DNA from: Amoebidium appalachense
Taxonomy: Eukaryota; Protista; Ichthyosporea
Direction: 5' to 3'
DNA: 64,000 nucleotides
Assembly: GCA_963693365.1 (NCBI GenBank)
Contig: CAVNZM010000011.1
Span: 434,001 to 498,000 of the forward strand
The notes under the pieces are model-generated. The model was not told the DNA's origin, did no database searches, and worked only from the letters and a program-made list of their open reading frames with translations. Of this stretch, positions 39,333 to 59,265 are shown in pieces (the first letter of the stretch is position 1; the number at the start of each line of letters is the position of its first letter). A program made the translations under genes and the position numbers.

Positions 39333-40593
39333 GTTGGAGTCAATGGTTTGTCAAGGAAAGAGAAGAGCGGTTGTTCTTGTTCGCTGCTGGGTGCTGTCGA
39401 GTGCAAGCAGTAAATAGATGCAAAGTCTGCCCCCACCTGCATCCTCTTATACCTGCCCACGGTCCCAACAAACCAGATCTGCACGCCGCCGCAGCTAAAA
39501 ATAGTGACTTCCATGGGTTCTGTCCAGTACTAGTCACCCAACGAAATGAAATAGACTCAGCGTTAACTTTCCTGCAGCTGGTCACCGTGGGTGCTATCAG
39601 GATGCATGTCATTGAGGTACTTGTTTGATATCTGTCAGTGAGTATCTGTACCATGCACACACACAATATCTATGCGTGAGTCTATCGATATTTGTGTTGC
39701 TGACGTTAACTGCCTGGAGATAGCCAGAACGGTCATGTTAATGTTATATTGCATCGGGGCTATCAACCCCCTCAGCTGGGTTCTCCCTGCAACCTGTACA
39801 GAATGATCGTAAGTGGGGCCACGGCAGCTCACATTCTGCGCCACTGTTTCCATTTAACAACACGCGCGACTTTTTAGCACGAGTTTTGGCAAAGTCATTT
39901 AGTATTACAGCATGTAGGCTGCTTGTGCCGATCTCAGGCCTTATAGCCTCTCGCAGCTCGGAGCTGCTGCGGCGAGATATGTCAATTCTATGAATACATA
40001 TGTTGACCTAATTAGATATCTGCATGTGCGCGCGCAAGGATATGTCGCATATGTTGGGGATGGTTCCACCCTGGCAGCCACCACGTATTGATGACGGGCT
40101 GTGCTTTTAGTTGTCACATCGTTGGGCCATACATATAAGCCATGACAGCTCCGGACCGGAACGGGCGTACGACCGCGGGCGTCTAAAGTCAGACTGGCAG
40201 CCAAGGCCAGCCTACCGGGCCCGGCGGGCCCGGCCGAAGACACCCCACATGTACGCCTTTATCTATTGGATCGGAACACACCAGTTAATTCTTTTAACCA
40301 ACCATAGTAGCTAATATATAGCTTTAAATAGTAATACATAATGCATATAGCTATATTAGGCAATGTAAACAAACCGTTCATCCAATCTCTGTGCAATCCA
40401 GTTTAGAGCCCGCCCCCGGCCTGGGGGCCCAGTTCAAGCTCGTGCAGACACTGTGACTCTGGCTGTTCTGTTTGGTGTGTCTCTGTCCGTGCTCACACGT
40501 AACCGCTCTCCCAGGGCCATTTCCTTCTTTGTCTTCAACATACACTCGCACACGCAGACCAACCACACGTACACCTTGTGGTGGGCGGCAGCC

Positions 40594-46713
<6,120 letters not shown>

Positions 46714-47454
46714 CTCATTGGCTGCGGACCACGTGCAGCACCTGCACCAATCAGATGTGTTCTGATGGCCGCAGCCTCTGGGTGGAATGCACTGGGGCAT
46801 AATGCTGGACAAAACGTCTGCACGATGCATTGCTTTGGTGGATGCCAGGCACGTGCACACACAAATCATGTGCCCACCCTGCACGCACACGTACATACAC
46901 ATTAGAACGTGTGCGCCCACACCGGTTCACCTGCATAGCACATCCCTATGAACATTGCACACTAACTGAACCGTGCTGTGATAACCATAGTGCCTTGCAT
47001 GGCTGGGCTAACTTCAGAATGCCGCTTATTGCTGGAAGTTCTATAAAACTTTAACGCACCCATGGGGCCACATGACTGGATGTTAACAAAATGTTGCATA
47101 TGCATGTGATTGTCTAGTAAAAGCCCTAACATAATAGCCATGCTGCAGAGCAGTATACGAGCAGGCTACCCCGTCGAACCCAAACATGTACATTCTTGGG
47201 CACGTGCAGGCCCTTAGTATATCTGATGAAATATGGTCGGCTTTGCCTTCCATCACAACATAAATAAGAGCACAGTCCGTTCAAGGTACACGGGTGCATG
47301 TGCAATTCTGGTCATCAGCGCTTCGCCCCCGTGTCACTGTCCTGCAACGGTGTACGTGCCCGGCCCTGTGTGCTTTTGTGTTTACGTGCATGCATGCACA
47401 TGGTGGTAGCCGGCTCCCATGGTGTGGTGTTGGCCCCCCGGGCCTCCAGGGCCG

Positions 47455-47493
<39 letters not shown>

Positions 47494-47585
47494 CCCCCCT
47501 TCTTGCGGCTTTCTGATCACACAACAGCCGCCGCCGGGTCGAAACTGCCGGGGAAACCAAAAAAAAAAAAGAAAAAGAAAACCGG

Positions 47586-47621
<36 letters not shown>

Positions 47622-48420
47622 GGCCTGAACAGCGAAGGCCCTAGGGTGCCACTGGGGGGTTAAGGTGGGGAATAAATGTACTGTGCAGATTACGTTCGGA
47701 TGTATTTAAATTCAAAACCTCGCGAGTGTGGAAGTTCTTCTTTGTTTTTCAGCCCCACAGGCTCCATGGGGCAAAAAAAGAATTTGGGGCCCCCCGGGGG
47801 GAAGGGGGAGGGAGGAGGGGGGGATGGGATGCTGTATCGATATCAACTTGAGAAATGAAAGCAAAAACACTGCGCCGAAAACAAGCGAGCAAAGCAAATA
47901 CTCTTTTTATAAGGAATTTTATGGAGATCATGGGTAATCAGACAAGCGTATTGAGCACAATCGCCATAGACACAACGAGATATGGTCGTTTAGAGAGCGA
48001 ATTTACCGCATATTCAACGAGATATACGAAATACTTCAACTACATCATGTATAAACTCAGCTACTGGGGTCAGCAATTGCAATCGCTAAATACAGATACA
48101 GCTTGTGCACGAAGGAGCCAAGGGTTACGCTATGCCAAATAGAATCAAAGAAAACAAGAAATTGTGGTGCTGACTTACGTCAGTGAGCCAGCAAACCCAG
48201 GATACATAGTATATGAAGCAGAGCAGCGGGGTTTGCCTTTTCATAACAAGAAACACAACTCAGATACTCATTGACAAGTCACCAGAACACGGTTGGGTCA
48301 CTCGTCTTGAGACGGCCAGCAGGGTTACTTTTGCGATCAAAATACACTTGGAAAGAAAGCAAGGAAGGGGAGGGGGGGGGGGGGGGGGGAGGGGGGGGGG
48401 GGGGGGGGGGGAGGAGGATA

Positions 48421-48636
48421 CATTAGCCCCTCGCGTATTGGTACACTTCCGTTTTCGGCCAAAGTGTACCAATACGCGAACGCGACAGTTTAATTTGAGT
48501 GACTACCATGTATGGTGTCGCGTCTACGTGTCTCAAATGGTGTAGGGGGGAATCTAGGAGTCTTCCTGTACTATCGTGCCGGGCAGGCAGTGTACCAATA
48601 CAAAGGTGTACCTGGTCAATACGCGAGGGGCTACTG
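48421..48636. mobile_element. MITE, Tc1/mariner (pogo-like) type, 216 bp
   Basis: TIR CA(T/G)TAGCCCCTCGCGTATTG at 48421 and CAATACGCGAGGGGCTACTG ending 48636 (19/20 match). Left flank is TA and right flank is TT. Subterminal GTGTACCAATAC repeats occur at ~48464 and ~48590. Confidence 0.75.
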
Positions 48637-48993
48637 TTTATCATACCAAGGAAAAAGAGCACCAAGTAAGACAAGCATGAACAGCGAAACAGCAAAGAGC
48701 AACATCAGTGGCAACCGCATAGGGAGAGGGGGTGCTCAATCAATCAATAGGCAAACTTTCATTTGAGGCAAGATGTTCAGACGACGGGGGAGCCAGGATA
48801 AAATCAGCGCGTAGTACTTTAGACCACCAGAGAGAGATTACTTCCACGCACAGAGTGGACACACATGTACACAGGGACGTGGCCCGGTAGCCGAGCAGTG
48901 CCAGCCTACTCGCATTTATTTCTCATATCTGCAATTTGGCGCCACACCACCGTCTCCGGGCCAGGGGGGGTTCCATGTGCTACGTGTGGGGAT

Positions 48994-51068
48994 TTATGCC
49001 GATGCCTTCCACCTCTGGAACTTCATGACGATGAGGGGGGCACCAAAGCCGAGGGCGCAGAACACAATCCAGTTGGCAGCAAGCCGGCCGGTGGACTTGA
49101 CCTGGAACGGAAGGTTCTGCACACACCGGAGTTAGCACTAGTGCGGTGCGCACAGTACTGCATGCACACAGTACCACCCCTTTGTGCATCCAGGGCCAAC
49201 AGAGAGGCTAAAGCATGGACAGTGTGGTGTGCATGCACAGGACTGTTAGATGCACGTAGGTTGAATGAGCACACACTGACACACGGCCAATGAAGAGCTG
49301 AAGGGAATACACGAGGCATGCACGTGCACGTCACTGACACGTGCGGTATGTGTTAGATTGCAGAGGACATGGGGCGCTCCATGACGTGTTACAGAGTGCA
49401 TACTAGTGCAACCACGATGCGGGACATCTCTGAGCACCCATGCAACATGCCGTTAAGTGTGTGCAAGCACACCCTCAGTTGTATATAAAATGGACAAAGG
49501 TGGGATTAAACACTTGTACAATTTGCTACCACACCAAGCCAGCACCGTGCACACCACACATCTCGTAAATCCAATCACACACACACACACTCGGCATGCA
49601 TGGTTGACATAACAACGTTGCCTGGCTGGTTAGACGGGGAGAGAGAACAGAATGCGACAAAGCCCCGACAACCTCCACTGCTTGCAATCAGTTGAAGTTT
49701 AAAAGGCAAAAGTTATGGAAAGAGCAAACAACACAAAAGGTGAGGGGTGACTGCTGACTGTGTGGGGACACGAGGCAAGGTCCCACAAAACACTGCACCA
49801 ATTTTTGGCCTGTACTTCCTTAACCACCCCCCTCCCCCCCAAAAAAGGAAAAAAAAAAAGAAGTGTGCGAGCAACACAGGCACGCTGTGTTGCGCACACA
49901 CGAGGAACATACAAACAACCTCCCCCCTCCCCCTCCCCCTCCACAAGAAACCCCGCCTCTCCTGACTTAGTCTTTCTTTATCCAGTTCCACCCACAGTGC
50001 GGCCTAGCTGCAAACAACAGGCAGTAGCGACTTAGGTAAACGAGTCGGGGACACAAAAACTTCAAAGACCACAGGCACACGGTTGAGGCAGGGGGTGGAT
50101 AACCGACTAAATGGAGGCACGAAGAGCAGCACTGAGGTCCACAGCAGACTCCCCCCCCCCCCCCCCCCCCCCCAAGAAAAAAAAAAATACACACACACAC
50201 ATACATACACATCCAGCATACTCTATCCCTAGAAACGTCACTATAAGTCCCCCCATTCCACGTAACGAGAGCCGGGTGGAACCACGAGCCAAAACCTTTC
50301 AGATACTCCTATGTGCACCGCAGCCACAAACACGTGCATGCCACGAGGATGCCAAGATGAAAAGAAAGATACTACCGTAGCACCTCGAAACGAAACGAAG
50401 TCTTGCACATAAAACACACACTCCAGGCAAACAAAACACGACGAGGAAACAAGTTTGGCAGTGAAATACCAAGCCAACAGTAGCTCTGCCTCAGGAAACA
50501 CAAAGCGCACAACAGCCTGCCGAAGTGGGTGCGTCTGATGACATGAAACGAACTACGTATTAACAGCTTCACGTTAACCATGTGCTTGTGGGTGAGCTCT
50601 TAATGTGTGTGCACCATCTGTTGACTTTGCCTATTTTCTGCACAGTGGGGAAAGAAAAAAAAACGTGTCCGTGCGTGCATTTGCGAGCTCTCGCGCGCGT
50701 GTGTGGTCTTTCACTCCTTTCCACAAAGCATATAGGGGTAGACTTGCGTACTGTGTGTTTGAGTTGTGCAAAGGTCACACGTGCAGGATTGCGTGCTCTG
50801 TGGGTACAAGTACACCCACGCGAGTGTAGGCTTGCGTACGTGTGTTGTCTGCTTTGCATGTGCGTTAACGAAAGATAGCTTGTTAGCAATAGTCACGTGC
50901 GTGTGTTTGCCCCGTGTGCACACCCACACACGCAGGCACAAAGCAAAGAGCACTTACGTCGCCGGGCTTGAAGCCAGGGGGGTGCAGGTTGAGGTACTTG
51001 ACTTCGGTGGACTCGCGTAGAGGCAGGCGGCGGGCAACGCCCGTGCGGGTAAGAGCGCGGAGAGACAT
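48994..51068 (-). CDS. COX7C: Cytochrome c oxidase subunit VIIc (yeast Cox8 equivalent), 2 exons, 77 aa
   Basis: Exons 51068-50958 (MSLRALTRTGVARRLPLRES..PGFKPGD; Arg-rich presequence, GTAAGT donor) and 49116-48994 (NLPFQVKSTGRLAANWIVFCALGFGAPLIVMKFQRWKASA*). PGxNLPF followed by a TM helix FGAP..Q..K matches the COX7C family. Confidence 0.88.
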
Positions 51069-52207
51069 TTTTACACCCGAACGTGCGTGCGTGTCCCCTC
51101 TCTGGCTGTGTGTGTCCTCCGTTTTCCGAACCCGGCTGCGGCGCGCCGTGGCTTCTAGAAGATTTAGTTTTTAGTTTTTAATAATTAGTATATATTGGAT
51201 ACAAGCGATCCGATATGATTTGTTGGACGCGTTTGTTTGGGTAAGACTTATCCGCTTGCGAAATCAGATTTGCTCGCAAAAGCTATATAAAGAAGTCTCC
51301 GAGGTGCTCTCAGGTACCGATTTTTGTTTTTCGCTGCCCCATTACTTTCTTTCTCACACGTACTGACGGTGTGCACGCGCTGCGATGAACTTTACTCTCG
51401 CGACCGCGTGCATGCTTTCTGTCGCGGCGCCTCGACGGTTCGATGGAGTCCAGTGTTCGCTGAATGTGTAAGGAAAAATAAGGAGCCATCTCAGTAGGTG
51501 GCAGACTTTCTTTCTGTTCCAAACCAAAAAGAAGGCGGTGTTCTTATCCTCAGTGACTATTGTAACTAGCTTAACGATCGCTGCCTCTTGGCAAACAATG
51601 TAGATATTTTTTGAAATTTTCATTGCGTTTATTCATCATCACCTGTGTGAGTGCAGGCTGTGCAACTCGCTGGTGTCTATGGGTGCTGTGCAACTTGCTG
51701 GTGTCTATGGGTGGCAGCCAGAGAAGAGGTGGGGAGGGGAGCCAAGTAAGACGGTTGACATTTGGAATGCACTCAGTTGGTTTTGCAATGTTTTATATTT
51801 GGTATCCTCTACCTTATGCAATCTGAGTGAGTTTAAGCAGGAGAAGTGTTAAGGTATGAAGCATGTTGTGTTTGCAGCTCTTAACGTTGCATGCCATTAG
51901 GTTTCAGTTCATTCACCGCGGAATTCCGGAAACGTTACGTGCAAGATATGAGGGACGTGCTAGACGAATGTGGTGTTATGCCTGCTGTCTTCTGCTATAT
52001 TTTTCCGCACCCATAACTCGTTAGTGCTATATCGTAACAGCGACATGCCTTCCACAACCGTCATACTTTGCAACTTCACATAAGCTACATACACACCTAT
52101 TACTCACTTTTTCGCTTAATATGGTCTAATCGTTACAATCCTGAAGATGGATGATTACAGACGGCACAATAAACAGTCTAAACAATGGACGTCCAACTAT
52201 TACTCTC

Positions 52208-53113
52208 CTACATGCCGTGGGCCTTGACCTCGTGCTTGCGCTTGCAGCTTGGGTCGCTGAACGTTGCGTTGCAGCCCTTCCCCCGACACACAAACGGCTG
52301 CTCACCCGTGTGCCGGAACATGTGCACCTTCAGATTCCAGGCAGTGGAGAGGCGCGCACCACACCCTTTCTCCTTGCACATAAAACGCCTCGACGCTTGT
52401 TCATATGTCCCTTGAGACTTTCCCTTTTGCTTCTTGCCGTTTCGTTTGGCTTTCCCACCCTTCCCGTGTTTTTTTGTGGTAGTGGTTTCGTTTTTCTCGG
52501 GCGCCCTGAGCAGAACTTTCAATTTTGTCGTGTACTCCTGTTTCACTTGCAGGTTAGGGGGGCTTTCCCGTGCCGTTTTCTTGTGGGTAGTGTTGGTGCG
52601 CACTGGTGCTCTAGCTACTCTATGTTCTGTGACTGTGGTTGGACCCTCCGGGGCAGCGTTCTGTTTGCTCTTGCTCTGGCGTGACGATCTGGGTGCAAAG
52701 ATATCGACGTTCGCGAACTCGAGCTCTTGCAGATACCTCGGCAGAGGGGTGCAGGGGACCTGGTTGTCTGGCTGGCTACGGGGGATTGTTTGGTTTCTGG
52801 CCGTTGCTGGGGGCTTGGCAGTGGTGGGCACGGGTGGTTTTTTGGTCGCAGGTTTCTTTGAACGAAAGGTGTATGTGACCGGATACTTGTGCGTGTCTTC
52901 TTCGCTGTCGCTGGATGAGTCCTCTGTTGTGGGCTGTGAGTGGAAGCTGCTGTCTTGTGTGTTTTGCTCGCTTGACTCAGAGTGGGTGGCTGACGAGGGA
53001 GCCGAACGTGTGGCAGTGTGCAGTCTGAGGTGGTCCAGGACCTGTACGGCATGGTCGGTCTCATCGCGGAACAGCACTATGCCGCACTCGGAGAAGGGGC
53101 ACAGGTAGAGCAT
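52208..53113 (-). CDS. C2H2 zinc-finger protein, single coding exon, ~301 aa from the first ATG
   Basis: C-terminal fingers FMCKEKGCGARLSTAWNLKVHMFRH and FVCRGKGCNATFSDPSCKRKHEVKAH are joined by a TGEQP linker. There is an atypical N-terminal finger (CPFSEC..HLRLH) and a basic NLS-like patch. An acceptor-like TTTTCGTTAG near 53141 allows for an upstream exon. Confidence 0.85.
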   Translation of the reverse strand: MLYLCPFSECGIVLFRDETDHAVQVLDHLRLHTATRSAPSSATHSESSEQNTQDSSFHSQPTTEDSSSDSEEDTHKYPVTYTFRSKKPATKKPPVPTTAKPPATARNQTIPRSQPDNQVPCTPLPRYLQELEFANVDIFAPRSSRQSKSKQNAAPEGPTTVTEHRVARAPVRTNTTHKKTARESPPNLQVKQEYTTKLKVLLRAPEKNETTTTKKHGKGGKAKRNGKKQKGKSQGTYEQASRRFMCKEKGCGARLSTAWNLKVHMFRHTGEQPFVCRGKGCNATFSDPSCKRKHEVKAHGM

Positions 53114-53809
53114 CGTGGTGTTTTGGTCCAAATTTGTATACTAACGAAAAAAAGAAGTGCAGCAGGGAGGGCCCGGGGTTGTTGGGCCGGGTGCTTGGGC
53201 AGGTGTAGGTGTGGGGACTGGGATATCTGGCAGTACGGCATGAGTGTGAAAAAAGATTATGAGAAGCACCTATGCCTAATTAGAAATGGTGTACAATCTT
53301 GAGCCAATGCGTAGATCTTTGTACGAGTTAACAAGAGTACTAGTTGTTCGGTTGCCTATTCTTGCGGTAAAAACAGAACACACGCGCCACTCTGTATAAA
53401 TCTGAGAAGATAAATAGATAAAGACCAGTTATGATCTAACCTAATTTTGCACTACCATCGTAAAAGAAGAAGACACGTCTGTGGTTTTTGGGATCTGTGC
53501 ACGCGGGAACTTCTAATCTATGTAATGGATCTGCCTGTCGAGATCCTGCAGTCTCACTTCACAATCTTCCATTCACCCGCAAGCAACGAAGGATTCCCAC
53601 GTAAATTATTAGCCTATTTGTAAATTTTTTAAGAGTACTGGGTAGAAAAATAAACTAAACACTGAAACGTATAAGTGAACTTTTCGAGTTCACCCCAGAG
53701 AGACCTGTGTGTTGTGACCGACTCGTGTCGCGGTTCCAAAATTTTGAACGGTGGCTGCTGCCAACCAACCTGCCGAAAATGGAAAGAATTTGGCGCCATT
53801 TTTTTGTGC

Positions 53810-54112
53810 ACCAATCAAATGCGCTTACCTGTGAGCCACCTGCTAGAAGCAAATTCCTCAGGGGCAGTGACGCAACTCGCACAGTTTCAACCAAACGTGT
53901 TTATATAACTTTGAAGGGTGCAAGCGCTAAAAGCTCATAGAGCAGAAGCCAATGGTCTGTTCAAAGTGATGCATTTCTTTCTATGCTTCTAACGGCCTTT
54001 CCGAGTCTTTCCGGTTGTATCATACATGGTCGTCATTTCGGCCGAGCCGTTGATTGGTTCATATTATTGACTGCTACTATATATGGCTATCTACGCTCTA
54101 GCTGATTGGCTA
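53810..54112. promoter_or_regulatory. CCAAT-box cluster in the divergent zinc-finger/BORCS5 intergenic region
   Basis: CCAATCA ~53811, GCCAAT ~53948, TGATTGG ~54051 and CTGATTGGC ~54102. Similar boxes precede galactokinase (~7662) and V-ATPase E (~29965). Function is inferred only. Confidence 0.35.
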
Positions 54113-54526
54113 AAGCAAAAAAACAACACAACTGGCAACTGCTTTCGCCCCTGTGTCACGGCACACACAATGAACTTCACCAGCTGTAACAGCTGAGCTG
54201 TTCCTGGTGTGTGCCTGGCAGGTGGAATGCGCACAAGCTGTACGGTACCATTCAGATTTGAAGTTGACTTCATGAATAATTCGGGTAGCGTGTGAGTTTA
54301 GTGCTGGCAGAACATTTCTACCGCCCTTGCATAAGTTACGCCTGTTATTTTTGCTCCTGACACGCACGGTGGTTGTGCACTCACTATTCTCTCTGCAACC
54401 TGCGCGTGCACACCACGCCTCTCGTTCAAAGTTTAGCACACACAACTATTTGGGCCGCAAAAATAAGGCCTACCCTCCAGAAACCACGACTATAAGGGCA
54501 CAGGCCGTGATGAAACAGTCGCCAGG

Positions 54527-56575
54527 ATGGTATGTGTGACTTGCTTGGTATACCGGGGGGCCTTACACACTTGCCCTCTTCCCCCTGCCTGCACCCCCAC
54601 CACCCCCACCCCCTCGCCCCCCCCATCTTCCTCCGCCCCAACCACTTCCTCCAACACCCCCCAAACCCTTCACGGTTTCCTAGTTCTACACATCCTCAAC
54701 CTCCTGGCTGTGTGTGGTGCACATACCCTTGCGCCGTCCTGGACGTGAGCTGTGCCCTTGCACACCAGTATGCGAGCTTTATCTTGCTGTCCTAGTATCA
54801 CCGTGCCTACCTGTGCATTGTTGCTGCATCAATTCTTGCGCCGGCTTTGCTCTGCTCATTTGGGTTTATTTCCTTTTCCCTCATGCCCGTCCCCTTGCCC
54901 TAGGCATGCCCGTTTCGAACCAGCTTCTGTTACATACGTCCAAACCGCCCCCCCCCCCCCCCCCCCCCCCCCCTCCCCCCCCCCCCCCCCCCCCCCCCCC
55001 CCTTCTCCCCTGGGGCCCCTACCCCCACCCTTCTCTTTCCCCCATGGTACACTCGCTCTGTGCCTGTGCATTTGACTGGCACCTTTCCTGACTGGCACTT
55101 CATCGGCTCAGGGCCAGACACAGAGTGGGCCCGACCAGAACCTCGACCCAGGCAGGTGGGTGATACAGTTCACAGTGTGTGCACGTGTAATAGCTGGGGC
55201 TGAAGGAGGTGGGTGCAGCCGGCCTGTCTGTGGGTGTGTGCTTGTCGTGTGTTTGGGGTGTTGGGGCAAAGGGGAAGGAGGTAGGTTGTGAATGAGGAGT
55301 AGGTGAGTGGGTTGAGGAATGGGGACGGTGATATTTGGGCTCACAGGGAGGGGCGGGGGGGGGGGGGGGGAGGGGGGGGGCGGGGGGAAGGGGGGGGGGG
55401 GAGGGCAGGGGAGAGAGGGACAGGGGGAGGACAGGCACAAGGCATGAAGCATAAAATCTATGGGGCAAAGTTCCACACCCACAACTCAGCCACACCTCAA
55501 CCTCTGTCAGTCACGTTTTGCTCTGGTTTTTGGGTGCATCTGTCCACCTGTTGTTTTTGTTTGCACCGTAGGTTGGAGGGGCAGATACAGGGGGGGGGGG
55601 GGGGGGGGGGGAGGGGGGGGGGGAGAAGGGGGGGGGAAATTAGGGGGAGGAGGGAGGGAGGGGGGGGGGGGGGGGCGCTGTGGACAAGTAGTAAATATCA
55701 GGTGCCTAGCTAGGATTTCACATGTTATTATTTAACCGAGGGCATGAGGTAAGGAGGGAGGGGGAGAGAAGGGGGGGGGGGGGGGGGGGGGGGGGTTACT
55801 CAAGAAACTGCAAAAGGTGGATTGGTGGGAGGGAGGGAAGGTCACGAGGGAGGAGGGGAGAAAGGGAGGAGGGGGTGGGGGGTGGGTTTAGAAATTTTCA
55901 AGTAGCAAACATGAGGTTTAGGTTAGGCTATCCCTGGTGAGTTTGGTTTGAGTATATGCCATACCATCCTCCCCCCCCTCCCCCCCCCCCCCCCTCCCTC
56001 CCCTTGCCGCCGTTCTTCACCACCTCAAGCACACCACCCTCTTCCCCCCTCCCCTTCCCCGCCTTCCATCTCAGCTCACACCTTGCCCTCTCCCCCCCTC
56101 TCCCCCCTACCTTAACCCCCATCCAGTGCCAATCCACCCACCCTCTTCTCTCGTTTGTGTCCTTATCATCTGTCACGTTTCAACCTGCAAGTTCCTGTCT
56201 TCATTTGTCCCTCCTTTTACCCCTGCCTCCCACCCAACCCATAGCCATCCATAAATTCCGTTGCCAGAATCAGTCTCGTCTGTCCCTTCCAAAGCTCCAC
56301 TGTTATGCTCGAACAACCATCCCCCCCCCCCCCCCCCCCCCCCTTCCCTCCCCCCAGTCCCCCCATTTCTTCTCCCCCTAACATAGCTGGAACAACACAG
56401 CCACTCGTACTACGCCTACCGATTCCTTGATCTATATTGCCAAAAAACCTAGAGTCATTCTCTAACCGGTTTTTCTTCTGTTTCCTATCTGCAGCTTAGG
56501 TGCAAGTGGCCCACCAGACTCGGTTCATGGGGCATCCCCCCGGCTACCAACTACAGCAGGCACACCGGAACCAAG

Positions 56576-56624
<49 letters not shown>

Positions 56625-57661
56625 TGTGATTGTGCCCGTGATTGTGCCCATGTTACGGGGGAAACGAAAAAGTGGTGGTGCGGAAGGGGGGGGGGGGGGG
56701 GAGGGGGGGGGGGACGGTACGGGAGGATGAGGCCATGTGGGTGGATGGTGCAAAAGATGTGTGCTCGCTGTACACGCGTATACGGTGTGTGCAGCCTCTA
56801 ATGTAGCATGCATGCACACGTGCATCAGCATGGAGGTCACCATGTTGATGGCCATAGGTTTGGATGCCATGGCAGTTTGGCTGACATTGCCCCCCCCCCC
56901 TCCCCCCCCCCCCCCCCCCTTCATCGGACAATCCGCCCTCTTCCCGACACAAACCAACAGATGACAATAAACTAAGGCAAAAGTAGGACATAAAACGTGG
57001 TTTCCCTGTGACTCTCTTCCCATCTGCAGCACTACCATGCCCCTCCCCCCCCCCCCCAGTTTGCCCTCTGCCAGGTGAAATTCAAGTTTGTTTATGTGTT
57101 CCTGAGTACTTTTCTTTGTTCGTGAGCCGCCACAACATTTTCAGCCCCCGACCATTCAAAAATGATCTCAAACGCGGGACCGTTTATGGCTGTGTACCTC
57201 CACCTCGTGCATGCGAAGCTCGAGCTCACCCATCACCTTTCTTTCTCCTTTTCCCTGCAGCCACCCCCGCACAGGCTCGACGATTCAGCCCCCCCACTAC
57301 CAGCATGTGGCCACACAGTCTCTCGAAGCCATGCGGGCATTGACACGGCAAGCTGATGGTGTGTGTGTGTGTGTGTGGGTGGGTGGGTGGGTGGGTGGGT
57401 CGGTGTGGAAGGGTATTTGTGGATGAGTGGGTGTGGTGGGTGGCTGGGTGTATGTGTGTGTGTGTAGTGTTTGTGTGTGTGTGTGTGTGTGTGTTTGTGT
57501 TTGTGTTTGTGTTTGTGTGTGTGTGTATGTGCCCATGGGGAGGGGGGAGGGAGAGGGGTGAGTGAGTGTGGGTGGGTGTCGATGGATGGGTAGGTGTATG
57601 TGTGTGTGCGTGTTTGTTTCTGTGTACGTCACCATGTGTGCATACAGATGTGTGTGTGTGT

Positions 57662-57717
<56 letters not shown>

Positions 57718-58497
57718 ATGTCCGCTTGTATGTCGTGTGTGTAAATGTGTGCGTTAGCAGGTGCTCCCATGCCTGCGGGCACCTGTGCATGTGTTGAGGG
57801 CAGGGGTGGTAGGTTGTTTTTTGGGGAGGGGAGAGAGAGGGGGGGGGGGGAGGGGGGGGATTGGCCAGGGACTGGGCTCATTTATTGTTGATGCCGAGTC
57901 ACCAAAATGTGTGGAAGGTCGATTGACGATCCAAGGGATGGCAAAAGAGGGTGTGCCGGGGTGTGTGTGTGGGGGGGAGGGGTGGGGGGGATAGTGTGGA
58001 GACACCGAATGTGGGGGTGTTGGGAGTTGCGGATGTGGGTCAGCCTTCAAGGCACAGATAGACCCAGGGGGGGACAGATTGGGGCAACGCCTGAGGGGGG
58101 ACGCTGACGTGGGTTGGTGTGGACATTGCAGGGCAGGACACACCGGTGGTTGTGTATTCGAATGCACCAATGGAATCAAGGGATGCAGCCATGGAAATTA
58201 TAAACCAGCTACCTAGGGTAAGGGGAAAAAAAGAAAAAAAATGATGATAATAAAGAGAGAAAAAATGGAAATGAGAACCAGTTTTAGTGTTCAGGGATTA
58301 TTACCCACCCACAGTTTAGGCTCCTTTCCTCTCTCATGCCCTAAACCACATACATACTCAAGATGGCAGAAAGTAGAAAGCCCAGACACTGCCTTTTTGC
58401 TGGCTAATCTTTGAAGAAACATATGTGTTGGGGTGTCGAAACAGATTTTGTCTCGTGGAACTGTGGGTGGGTGGGTGGTGGTGGTGGTGGTGGTGGT

Positions 58498-58543
<46 letters not shown>

Positions 58544-58717
58544 GGGGCACCTCACTTACCTCATGTGCGCAGTTTCTGCCGCTGATCCCATCATCCCTGG
58601 ACCACAGTCGGGTATATGCAGACTGTGAAGACCTGGTGGCCTCAAATCCAGATATAGGTGGGTGGCCAGGGGGGAAGGGGGTGACAGTGGGGCCAGGGAA
58701 CATGTGTGGGTGTGGGT

Positions 58718-58748
<31 letters not shown>

Positions 58749-58948
58749 GGGGGGCGGGAGGGGGGGGGGGGGAGAGGGGAGAGGGGAGGATGGGGCTGGG
58801 AGTTAAGGTGTGAGGGGGCGGGTGGGTGGATGGGTGGGTCTATGTGTGTGTGTGTGTGTATTTGCGTCTGTATGTGCCTGTGTGCCAGTGGGTCTGTGGG
58901 TCAGTGTTTATAGCCCTGTGCAGAAGGTGCAAGTATTATGTGCGAGGC

Positions 58949-59005
<57 letters not shown>

Positions 59006-59226
59006 CAGTGGGGGGGAGGGGGTGGATGAGGAATGAGCTGGTCGGTACGGTATGGTAGCGGGCACGAGGCTGTTGCTGTTGCTGTGAGCGGGTGAGGCAT
59101 TCATTCATGTTGGAGATGTGGGATTCAGATACCATGTTTCTATGTGGGCCATTACTATACCTAGACGAACAAGGATCCAAAACACACGGTTACTTACTGA
59201 CACACACACGCGCGCGCGCATACACC

Positions 59227-59265
<39 letters not shown>

